64,000 nt of DNA from Callorhinchus milii (Eukaryota), in the NCBI RefSeq assembly GCF_018977255.1, contig NW_024704742.1:81780001-81844000 (forward strand), written 5' to 3'. The notes beneath the pieces are model-generated. The model searched no databases, was not told the origin of the DNA, and worked only from the letters and a program-made list of their open reading frames with translations. Shown here in pieces: positions 34,347 through 46,099 of the stretch. The translations under genes were made by a program, and so were the position numbers. Positions within the stretch are counted from its first letter, which is position 1. Each line of letters starts with the position of its first letter.

Positions 34347-37300
34347 GATGTGACATATGTTGATGGTCTAATTTATATGGTTTATATATACGCACTGTGA
34401 ACATATTGAGTGAGAATTATCTGGCTGTGTCAAAAGTGGACCCGTGTCCAACACCCATTGTCATTGTCAACATCATGGAGTTGGGTCAAGCTGTTTGCTT
34501 CTAGTTGGTGGGTTTACAATTTGCTAAGCAAGTATTTACATTTTTGGAATATTTGTCGAGCAAATTGTATTTCGTATAGCACATTTCACATCGGGAGCAC
34601 TTCGCAAAGCGTTTCATACAGCTGACTGGGTTGATGAGCAGGTGGGAGAGAGGAGGAGGCTTAGGAAAGTTGTCTGAGAGCACAATTGAGATGATAAATG
34701 CTCAGAGTAAAGCCACAAACCTAATTGTTTCCCAGCAGTGATCGCTGCAATCATTTTTTGGGGCATTCATAACAAAAGGATCCTAAACAAAGTATCCCAC
34801 CACAATAATGTCATCACTGCACTTACAAATGATTTGTTTTCCTGCAAGACTTTGATACACAACAGCACAGCTTCTACTAAACACAGTAGCTGTAATAAAC
34901 AAATTACACGTTTCAAAAGGTTCATCTTGGAGACAAATCTATTAAGGCAAAAGAAGCACCTGAAGGAACATTCGCTCTTTGTATTTATGAACATTTATCA
35001 AGTTAGTTTTCAAAGTCTTATTGTCAGATCTTGATCCTAATGTAAAAAGCAGAAGCTTTGCAAAAGGAATATGTAACATATAACACACAATCTATCGAAT
35101 TGGAACAATGGTGTAGTATAATATTAGTCACTCTAACTAATTAAAATGCATATTTCCTGCTGAGTGTGCAAACATACCACACTATCTGCTTAAAGTGAGC
35201 TGTTATGATAATCTGTTAATGTAACATAAGAAAAAGCTATCAGTGTAATTCAAAGCTGCCCTTACGTTTCGCTACGTCTGCAGAAATGCAATTCTGAATT
35301 ATTGCTGCCATTACCATAAACAGTTTTGATTTATATGTATTTTAATCAGAAAGGTGCATGTGGCTGATAAACATGATATATTCAAATTGTCAGCTATTGG
35401 CAAATGTAGGCATTAATCCAAGAGCAGGTGGGGGAGGGGTACATTAATCTGAGAGCAAGTGGGGGTTCAAGTCTGCAACGAAAGCCCTGCCTTTTCTGCT
35501 TTTAAAAAAGTGCTTGGTTCAAAAAGTTTGGTGTTGCATTGACCGTCCCTTATTTAACATGCAGTCCAAAGACTCATTCAGTTTCACAACTCATCCTCAA
35601 TAGGTTCCAATGTGCTAATAAGAGTCTCTGAAAACTGTGTCACACTGTGCAGCTGTGACTCACACCTATTCATGCTGGGAAAATCACAGAACTCAAGGCT
35701 CTTTTGCAAAGGCTATTGAGACCACATATTTAATTGTCGGCTCATTCTCTTTTTCTCTCGCCCATTGTCTTCTTTCTCTTTCTCTCTCTCTCTCACACAC
35801 ACAAGTAGACACTAGGTCTATCCAAACATTTCATCAACTTTACTGGACTGGAGCAGACTGATACCCACACACATACCCAACACTCATTCCCACCCACAAT
35901 GCAGCAACATTCAGGTGCAAATGAACCACCTATATTAAGATGCAATACTCTGAAGTTGTACTGACATTTCTACATTTCTTCCTGTGCATTAATAAAAATG
36001 AGATGAGAATTGCACCCACACTGTGACTGTGAGGAAGTGATTTTAAGCAACACAAGGGAGCGATACAGGAAGGGAGCAAGTGAAAGTGGTATTAAACAAC
36101 CTACCAGTATATTACAGAGCTGTCTAAGCAACCAGAAATCAATTTGCTCCAGCCATCATGAGAGCTATCTTTTAATCGCGGAACGGTTAACTAGTTTTAC
36201 ACCCTAAGACTGAAAATTGTGTGCTTTGTAGTTCCTGAGGTGGGATCCCACACTGGTCTAACATTTCACCCACAAATATTTTGTGGTGCTTCCACTGGGG
36301 TGTGTTATGTGCTGAGAACTAAGGACTAAGTTCATAACTGAAGTTCTAGATCACACATTTCGCCCACAAAATACACAGTCAATCCACTTTACAATATATT
36401 CTGTGAAGTGCTTTGAGATGTCTCAATGACGTGATAAGGCGCTATATCAAATGCAAGGATTATTATTGTAAACTTTCCTCATACCACTCTGTAATTGGAT
36501 ATTTTTCTGTCAAAATTTCTGCAAGTTCCTTGAATTTTTATATCCATTAAAATTTTCATTGGGAGGCTCATCTAGCGAACTGCACAAACAAACCAGCACT
36601 GTCAGATGTTGTGGTACTGCATGCCGAAACCTGTTGTCATCCTCACAATCCTGTTAGCACACATGCTGCATTGGTATGTATACTATTGTTAAGTCAAGGC
36701 TGGGTTGAGCATAATACATCATTGTACAAGATGCTGCATTCACACTGTTTCAATGAAGTATCCCCTGTTCAGAGCATGGAGTTGCACCACATTCAACAAC
36801 AACTTGCATTTCTATACCGCCCTTCATGTGGGTAGCATCTAAGAGCCAAGATCTATACAAGTCAGACTAGAGCATTACTACATTCACCAAGATCCACACA
36901 AAGCACTGGTTAGCCCTGTCTGGAGTAGCATTGCACTGCCTGCAGTGTAAAATGAAGCAGTGGGCTCAATTAACAATAAGATAATAATCAGAATCATCTT
37001 TGCACTTGATATAGTGCCTAATCACACGATTGAGATCCCTGAAAACTGTTTCACAGTATTTACTGTAAAGTGTAATGATCTTTAATATCCATCTGAAAAG
37101 GCAGACAAAATCTTGGTGTAACATGTCATCTGAAAGAAGGCACATCATTGACAATGCAATACAATACTGTACTGAGAAAGGGAGAGGGGATACCTAATGG
37201 GAATCCGTGGTTATGGGAAAACATACTGGCATTGGATCAGTTAAAAGCTCGACAGGAACTTGAAATTGATGATGACAATATCAAAAATCTTCAGCATTGA

Positions 37301-38247
37301 AACTTTGACATAACTCGCAGTGAGAATACCTCAACAAATGAGCTCATCACGCTCATAGACGGAGGTTTTTGTTATCATTCTCTCAGTTGGCCTCACCACC
37401 GCCTCTTTATACCTCCAGTTTAAAATGCAATTGTCAAATGTATTTGATGTTTCTGAACCATATTATTGAAGATCCCAGAGTATACCTATGGTGTAATTTT
37501 CCTTACAAATAAAAGGGTAATTAATGCCTGCTATTTGTATTAAGTTGTTTAAAAGCGTTTCATGAAAAAAAATTTCCTTATCATTTTTGTTCCTATTGCA
37601 AGCAATTAGCGTTGCAGCAGACTGTGGATAAATTGGACTGTGATGTGGGGTTGATGTATTTGTGATACGGTCCTATGGTATCACTGCACCAGTGAGAAAA
37701 TCATTATTGCTTTCGAGGCTGAGCAGTGGAGATTAGTCAGCACCACGCCTGAATGCGTTGAATGTTGCTTGTTGCAGAGTACCAGCCAGACAGCAAGGGA
37801 AGCATTGTTAGCTTGTGAAGAAACATAAATAGAAGGTTTCCTCCTAGACTGATGTTGCCTTATTCCAGATGGAGATTCCATTCGAGTTGGGAGGCAGGCT
37901 CTTTTCTTTAAATCCATGTTGACTACTCTTTATTGCATTCTGTGCTGTTTAAATGACATTAATAGAATCCCATATAATGCTCTGAAACACTCTCTGCACT
38001 AAGGATGTAAGACACACACTGGTCTACAATTATCAGCTTGATGTCAAGCAATGATTTGATTTCTTCTCTGTTTTATTAACAGTAAATGCTAAAATGTTAT
38101 TTATCTATGGCCATTTTGGGTTCACACCATTTGCAAGGTTTCATCCTTTGCACATTTCATGACTGTGGCACATTGCTGTGCACAAATTGGCTGCCACGTT
38201 TGCCCACAAAACACACAGAAAACACAGAGCAACTGCACTTTACAGTG

Positions 38248-38615
38248 TAATAATCCTTGCATTTGATATAGCGCCTTATCTTCGAGATGTCTCAAAGCAC
38301 TTCACAGAATGTATTGTAAAGTCCATTGACTGTATATTTTGTGAGCACAACGCAGCAACCAATTGCGCGCAGCAGTGTCTCAAAAACAGTCGTGGATTGA
38401 AGTGACCAATTTATTATTATTATTTTTCTTAAGGGACTATTACCCCCAGAAAAGCAATCCTCCGATCAACTGACAACCAGGTTCTTACTTCCTGCTAGGT
38501 AAACTGAGGCGTGTGGAGTAAGGAAAGTTGCCTAACATTTCATCCTGTCCGGGAATCAAACCCAGGTCCTCTCGCTTACAAGGTGAGTGCTCTAACCAAT
38601 ATGCTATATGACTCC
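38248..38615 (-). mobile_element. tRNA-SINE, long subfamily, inserted antisense into an older SINE 3' end
   Basis: Head, ggcaactttccttactccacacgcctcagtttacctagc segment, Deu 3' half and tail; the host SINE resumes at 38617. Confidence 0.9.
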
Positions 38616-38862
38616 ATGTGAAGAATTTTGGGACATCCTCCTGGCTATTGAACCTTCTTTATTTAAACTAAGACACTCAAAAAATATACTTTATGTTTAC
38701 AAGCTCTTTTCATTGAACTATTTTTTGCGTGAGGTGTGCAATTGATCAGTCTTGGTTGGACGTGGTTATAAATAGATTTCCCCATTAGAAATAATGTTAC
38801 CCAAAGTCAATACCTAAACTAACCAGGGGATTTTCATCCTTTTTCTCCCCAACCCCTCTCAC

Positions 38863-38986
38863 CTGTGCACTTTGTTCATCTCAGAGGATGTATTTGCGCG
38901 AGTTCTCCATCAGCACTGCCCTACAGCCACACACTAAGAGGTTTACAACAAGAGTGACCCAAGGTGACTTCTCCCACGCTGCTCTC
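38863..38986 (-). other. Candidate spliced exon, 124 nt, stops in all frames (UTR or non-coding)
   Basis: Acceptor ttcttttgttactgcag|G and donor CAG|gtgaga; unique sequence with retained CpGs. Confidence 0.5.
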
Positions 38987-40034
38987 CTGCAGTAACAAAA
39001 GAACATCTGTGAAGCTGGCTAGATGGACTATAATGGTATTCTCCAGTACTATATATTCATTTGTAAGTTCTTATGACAGAATCACAGACATAAAACTGTG
39101 CCCTACTGCTCTGCCCTTACATGTACCTTCTTGTAATTTTCGGAATGTTGCAGTTTTATGCAATTATAAATTCTTTAGTTGTAACATTGAGCAATTAAAA
39201 ATTCTGTACATGTAGAAATTTGACGTAGAACAACAAAAAAATGCCAACTTGTGCTGACAACTGAAATTCAACATCTCCAAACACTGCCACATGCAGAACA
39301 TCAATAACCTAACAAGAATTTAGTAGCTCACTCCAGCTAAGACACAAGTCTCAAAATGATTAGCTTTTTTTAATTTTCTTTTTCCTGGTAGTTGTGGTAT
39401 GTTCCTAGCAAAGCATCTCTTTTGTAACTTTCAGTAAGAATAGTGTTAACGATCAAGCAGAGTCTTGTTATTCAAACTAATAATAGGTGCCAGGCTGGCT
39501 CAGTGGTAGTTGCTCTTGCCTCTTGTCACAAGATTGTGGCTTCAAATGCATTGAAAAGATTAGGTTTCTTAAAAGATATTGAGATATTATTGAATCTTAT
39601 AAGAGAACACTACAATTTCTCATCTAGTGCTAAAGATCGGAGATGCTGGTGTTAAGACATCAAAAACAACAATACCTTGCATTCAATATTGCCTTTTATG
39701 TACAGTGTATCTGCCAAAGTACTTGATCAATGCAATGGTGAGTATTGAGCAGCCAAGAGGAAGTTTTAAACATACTGACCAAAGGCATCGCTGAAGAGAT
39801 GCAGTTTAAAGAGGTTTTTAAGGCAGGAAGGGAGAATACAAAACAAAGTGGCTTTGGAAGAGAGTTTCAGAGCAAAATCCTTGTCAACTTGCCAATTGTG
39901 CCACTAAAACTATTTTCACACATTTTGCTAAGATGGTCCATATTTTATAAATATTATGCCATTGGCTGCCGCATTTGGTACAAAAAATAAAGTCAGTTCA
40001 CTTTACAATATCTCCTGTGAAGCGCTTTGAAACG

Positions 40035-40511
40035 TACTCCTCGCCGGTCTCCCCAGCTCAACTATTCAAAAGATCCAGCTCATTCAGAACTCTGCTGCCA
40101 CATACTGACCCGGACCAAACTCCGTACCCCATCTCATCAGTTCTGGCCAGGCTCCACTGGCTCCCCATCACCGAACATCATGTTCAAATCCCTTCATTCA
40201 CTGGCACCTCCCTACTTCTCCGACCTCCTCACTCCCCAATCCATCAACCGGTGGCCTTCGCGCGACTGGTACCAGCCTCCTGCTCGTCCCTCGCACCCTC
40301 CGCCCCACCATTTTAGCCACTATGCACCGAAACTCTGGAACACTCTCCCTCAATCCCTCCAACTTGCCCCCTTTTTCAAGTCCTGCCTGAAAACTCTTCA
40401 ACCATGCTGACAGTCACCTCCCCCCTAGGCTCGGAGTCAGGCTCTGTCACTGTTAAGCACTCTGAGATGCTACCCTGCGTGGAGGGAACTATATAAGTGC
40501 AAGTTGTTGTT
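40035..40511 (+). mobile_element. L2 3' fragment (tail type B) inserted in a SINE tail
   Basis: VLARLHWLP motif; ends gagatgctaccctgcgtggaggg...gcaagttgttg. Confidence 0.88.
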
Positions 40512-41269
40512 ATTTCATTGCCATAATAAGGCTCTATGTAAAATGCAAGGATTATTTATTATAAATTATTATTATTTTATATAATTAGTTGAAATGGATT
40601 GACTGACTTAATTTGGGGGAAGGTGGAGTTTATAAAGCAATGAAGTTGGTTCAAACCAACTTGACCCAAAGCACACCATCACTGTTGAACAGATAAGTAA
40701 CTTAGCACAAGCTATAGGATCTTTTCATTTTCCTTTACTTTTGCCATTACAGAAGGTGTCCAAACTCCCAACATAATCTTTTCTTTTTTCCAAAAGAAGG
40801 ATTTCACTCCAACTGATTGATGGATTAAGGGTAATCATGAGGTTTGAAGGCACAGAAGAAATGGCAAGTGAAACTTTCAATCCAGAGTCACACAAAACAG
40901 CATTTTCAAAAGAACTGACAAATTCAATACAAACAGCAATGCTTGGTAACTAGATGTTACAGATCAGTGGTGCAAAGCAGCCTTCCATTTCCAATAGTAT
41001 TCTTTTCCCCTGAAAAACTGCTTTCATTTGTCTCTTATAACTGAACAAGTTTTGCACCATTCTGCAGGTGAAATCAGTTTCCAACATTTATGAAAATCTT
41101 TACAGATGCTTTCTACATTTACGACCATAGAAAATGTAAACTGAGGCAGCGGCTTCCAGTTAAACTTTTCTTTGGAAATAATTTTAAAGAGGTCAAAGAA
41201 CAGAAAAAATGCCTATTGTGTAAACAGCTATGAGATACTTGTGCCATAGTCTCTTGTCCGTGCAATATA

Positions 41270-41705
41270 CAATAATAACAATCCTTGTATTTGATATACA
41301 AAACCTTGTCATATAGTTGAGTTGACTCAAAGTGTTATTGTAAAGAGAAGTGACTGTATTTTGTGGGCAAATGCAGCTGCCAATTTGCACACAGCAATGT
41401 CTCACAAACACCCATGGAGTGAATGAATAATGTTATTTAGAGGATTGTTGGTCAGAACACCAGGATGAACTCCCTTTTCGTTTTGAGTAGTGCCAGGGAT
41501 CTTTAAAGTCCACCTGGACAGGTAGATTGGACCTCAGTTTAACATTTCCTCCAAAGATCGGCACCTCTGACAATGCAGCACACTTGCAGCTCTGCAATGG
41601 AGTATCAGCTTAGAGTATATGGGTTCCAATGAGACTATACAGGTTCTGAGGAATCTGCAACTTTCTGACCAAACTATGCTACATCAATTGAGACAGGCTG
41701 ATATA
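41270..41705 (-). mobile_element. Old Deu-SINE, near full length
   Basis: Tail, Deu domain and degenerate head all visible. Confidence 0.82.
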
Positions 41706-41839
41706 TCTGAGTTGTGTCTGCATTTACCTATCTTGCTATTGACAAAATAATAATACAGAACTAAAAGTTGAACCCAATCAATCCCATTGTTTCCACAATT
41801 AATGTTTGTTAAGATTAGAATTGCTTTGGCTAAGCTCCA

Positions 41840-42255
41840 CGTTGGGACTTTGAACTCACATCATCTAGGCTGATACTCCAATGCAGTGCTGGGGTTGCGT
41901 GGTATTGTTTAAGGTCCCATCCTTCAGATGGGACATTAAACCAAGGCCCATCTCCCTGTTCAGGTGGATGTAAATGATCCCACAATATAAATCAAAAATA
42001 GAAGGGAGTTTCTACTGATGTCCTGGCCAACAATCCCCCAAATAAAATTGGTCATTGAACAACAACAGCAAATTTTATTCATATAGCAATTTTGTTGTTT
42101 TTGAATGACCAATTATTTATATTCACTTCATTGCTGTTTGTGGGACATTGTTGTATGGAAATTAACTGCCTTGTTTGCTTGAAATCCTGTGAAGCACTTT
42201 GAGATATTCTCCTGAAGTGAAAGATGCTGTCTCAAATGTAAGAAATATTATTATT
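41840..42255 (+). mobile_element. Old Deu-SINE, near full length
   Basis: ttaaaccaaggccc...caggtggatgtaaatgatccca...gtcctggccaac...gctgtttgtgggacattg...tail. Confidence 0.82.
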
Positions 42256-42879
42256 TTTCTTTGCGCTGCTTCATAAGACAGCTTCATAAATCATTATCTG
42301 ATTTTTACCTGCCCTCAAATGTCAACTGTACGATCAGGAATAGCAAAGAAACAGAGAAAACATTAAAACCTTGACTGTAACCATAATGGTGAAACTGGGG
42401 TGGATGATTTTGCATCAGTCTCAGCACAATAGTTGCTCTTGAAGATGCCTTTGCTTTGAACCTCTCAATAAGAGGTTTGTGTGTCAGTGTTTGTGTGTCA
42501 GCTGAAACTAGTGCACTGACTTAACTCAGTCAGTATCCAATGGAGAGGTGCTTGTTTCTTGGCTCCAGAATTGAAAATAAATAAATTCAAGTCTGATTTA
42601 TAATATCTTAATTGTTTCAAGTGGTCCATAGGGATAACATTGTACCAATGGAAATACAGACAATACCACAAGTGACTTAATTATGATATCAAAACTATTA
42701 GAAATGCCACATTTTAGTGTCGATATCACCTAGAAATACACAGTCACTACACTTCACAGTAAAATCCTGTGAAGAGCTTTGAAACATCTCGGCATTGTGA
42801 TAAGGTTCTATAACAAACGCAAGGATTATTATTATATATATAGCTATTATGTATAAAAGACAATAATTGGTTGGCACAT

Positions 42880-43465
42880 GACCATTGAGTGATGGTCCTC
42901 CTTGGGGAAAAGGTAAGCGTGGTTTCCTTGGAGCTGAACTGACTAACTTGATGTGCTTGGCAACTCAATGTCAGAATCAAGACTGGCTTTTGTGGCGGTC
43001 TTAGAAATCCAGTTCCTGAGCCAGGTGGGTCCCCAGTATTACAGAGCACCTCTGATGACAGCACAGCAAATTTGCCTCATTGCCAGAAATTGGAAAGGCA
43101 GACCAGTGACTAGGTGCCAGAACTCTTCCCACTCAGCTTCCCTTAACCCTACAAGCCAAAGCCCTAATGAGTAGGGTTGTCCTAGCTGGACAAGTAATGA
43201 GGAAAGCTGCCAGCAGTGCTTTCAATAGTAAGCTATGGTTAGCAGTCAAAAGCACGCTCAGGGCTTAGCTCTTGCCAACCTGCGCCTCATACTTTCCAGA
43301 ATTAAGTAATATGATGCACCCTCCAGGGAGAGAGTGCGCATTCCATTCAAATAACCATCTCTAGGATTTCTATGTATTGGTGGAATGCATGGAAATCTCA
43401 GTTTGGTTTGGATACTCATAAGCATGGGGATGGGTTTCCACATGTGTCAGACCCGAGGTGACTGA
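42880..43465 (-). repeat. Unclassified repeat family copy (~590 bp)
   Basis: Reverse complement is collinear with 960-1445 and 21215-21465. Confidence 0.85.
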
Positions 43466-43511
43466 ACAAAAACTGCTGATAATACTCCTTGTATTTGATT
43501 TTGCATTGTAT

Positions 43512-44428
43512 TATTCCTCAACTCCAGGACTACTGGTGTCCTGACCGATTGCCTGTCCGACATCAAGTCCTGAACGAGGGATAACTTTCTCCAGCTTAAC
43601 ATCAGCAAGTCCGAAGCCCTCCTGATTGGCTCGCGCCAGCACCTCCAAACCTCGGGTGCTGACAGGATCAGCATCCACGGCTGCACACTCAACCTCACTA
43701 AGCCAGTCAGGAACCTGGGTGTTTTGTTTGACCCTGAACTGTCCTTTCTCCCCCAGATCCACGCCATGACCGGCACTGCCTACCATCACCTCCACAAAAT
43801 TGCCAGACTGCACCACTGCCTCACCTCTCAGGCTGCTTAAACTCTCTCACCCACGCATTCGACACCTCAATGCTCGATTATGGAAACTTCCTCCTCATTA
43901 GCCTTCCCAACTCTTCCCTTCACGAAATGCAGATCATCCAAAACTCTGCAGCTTGTGTACTCTAGCGCACCAGGCTCCGTGACCCCATCACTCCCACCTT
44001 GCCTGACTCCACTGGCTCCCCATCCCTCAGAGGATCGAATTCAAGATCCTCATCCTCACTTTCAAGGCCATCAATGGCCTTGCCCCTCCTACCTCTCTGA
44101 CCTGCTGATTCCCTACCAACCTGCCCGCTCCCTCTGTTCTGCTGCTCCATGTCTCTCACCCAACCCGCTTTCAGCCTCTCTGCCCCCACACTCTGGAATT
44201 CCATCCCGCAGTCCCTTCGCCTCACTTCCTTCCTTACCTCCTTCAAGGCTGGTCTTAAGACCCTCCTCTTCGATCGTGCCTTCAATTGCCTGCCAACTCT
44301 CTGCCTTCCCTCACCCCTACCCCACCCCTCCCCCATGCTCGGGTCCCGACCCCTCACTGTCCAGCATCTTGGGATTTCCTCCTGACGTGAAGGGCACTCT
44401 ATAAATGTAATTTTGTTGTTGTTGTGTT
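43512..44428 (+). mobile_element. L2 3' fragment (tail type A), same subfamily as 32683-33890
   Basis: Closely collinear with the reverse complement of 32683-33680; contains stops and deletions. Confidence 0.93.
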
Positions 44429-44669
44429 GTTCTATTACAGTATCAAAACATCTCAAAGTGATTCATAGGATTCACCCTAGGGTGTAGGGACTGTATCTGC
44501 AGGTGAATGGGCATTCTCAATCCAATTGATTTTTGTTATTGTTCTCTTTTCCTTTTGGTTCTCTTGGCACCTGCTAAGCAGCTCCAATGACCTATATCCC
44601 CAAACTCCAACTACGTTTCCTTAACTACCACCCAAACACTTTGTTATTTGGAATGTATTTTAATAATAA

Positions 44670-45080
44670 TACTTATAATGGGTATAGTGCCTTTTCAGGT
44701 CGTGAGGAGATCTCAAAGTGCTTCACAGGAAATACTGTAAAGTGTTTGGCTATATATTTTGATGGGAAACACAGCAACTAATTTGCCAAGAGCAATGTTA
44801 TTCATAACAGTCATGATATGAATGATCAATATTATTTAGTGAATTGTTGGCAAGAACACCAAGAGAAACTCCTGTTCTTTTCAAAAAGTGCCCATGGGAT
44901 CTTTAACATCCACTGGAACAGGCAAAGACAGGACCTTGGTTTAATGTCTCATCTAAAGGACAGCATGTCCAACAATGCAGCCCTCCCCCCCCCTCACTTT
45001 ACTGCATTAGACTTCACTGCAGTCAGCTTAGACTGTACGAGTTCCAAGTCCTGACAGGGGCTTGAACACACAAGCTTCCC
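44670..45080 (-). mobile_element. Old Deu-SINE
   Basis: gtgcccatgggatctttaacatccac...ggtttaatgtctcatctaaaggacagca Deu block and tail. Confidence 0.8.
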
Positions 45081-45639
45081 ATCTGCCAATCTTTTTCTAC
45101 CTGAAGAGTATTGCTTAACATTTCACTATGTTAAACTGTATTTGCCATCAGTCTTTCCACCCATTTAATTTGGAATGAAGAGAAGTAGAAATACAATAGA
45201 AAATAGACAAAATACATTACCAAATAGCAGGGCTCCTTTCAATATAGCGGTTTATCAACTGTGAGTTATGAAGCCAGGTGAATACAACATGCACTGAGGC
45301 TACGGAACACAAGGAAAAACACTTCACTAACTGAGCAACTCCTCTGTTCAGGAGAATTGTTGTTTCAGTTGGTTGGTTTAGTTTCAAATTTCTTCTCTTA
45401 ACAATTTACTATGCCTATTTGCATAGTCTCTATCATGCTGCATACATTTTCTCTATTCCATATCTATCATTTCTACTTAGAATGAAAAGTTGAGTTTTAC
45501 CTGAAATATTCCACTTTCGCTGCCTCAAAATTAATGATTGTCCCTTTTCTCCTTAATCTTGCCTCCTCACCCATTATCTCTTGCCTCGTATCCAATTTCC
45601 TGCCCATGCTAGCTGATAGTCTCTAATTCCATTCATATG

Positions 45640-45805
45640 AATATTAGCTTGTAAACTTTTGTATGGAACCTTATCACATGCCTTCTAAGAGTTTATGTAA
45701 GTAACATCTATGGATTCTCGTGTACCTGCAACATCAGGAGTTTTGTCAAAGGATTTCATTATACTATTTAGACACAACGTACACCAAAACTATGCTGACT
45801 TCCCC
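45640..45805 (-). mobile_element. Very degraded CR1 reverse transcriptase fragment
   Basis: Minus strand IDVTY...KACDKVPY resembles VDVVYMDFQKAFDKVPH. Confidence 0.55.
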
Positions 45806-46099
45806 TGAACACCTAACATTATCTAATTCCTCATTTTCTCCTTGGTAACAGCCTGGCTCAGTGGTAGCATTCTCACATCAGAGTTAGAAGCCTGAGGTTC
45901 AATCTCCCATCAAAACTCATACATGCTAAGATGACATTCTAATACAACGGTGGGGATGATTGGCATTGTCAGAGTTGCCTTTGTTCAGATGAAATGTTAA
46001 ACCGAGGCCCATCTGAATGTTCAGGTGGATGAACATTTGAATAGTGCCACAAAATCTTTAAAATCCACCAAGGTAGGGTAAGTATAGTGTATATTCTAT

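Noticed and set aside
37165..37300. Coding-like stretch GNPWLWENILALDQLKARQELEIDDD
   Set aside because: Short and stop-bounded; another frame reads GIRGYG, like a decayed CR1 C-terminus.
43050..43075. CTGATGA hammerhead core in the unclassified repeat (also 54551, 61515, 28700)
   Set aside because: No appropriately placed stem II plus GAAA could be found.
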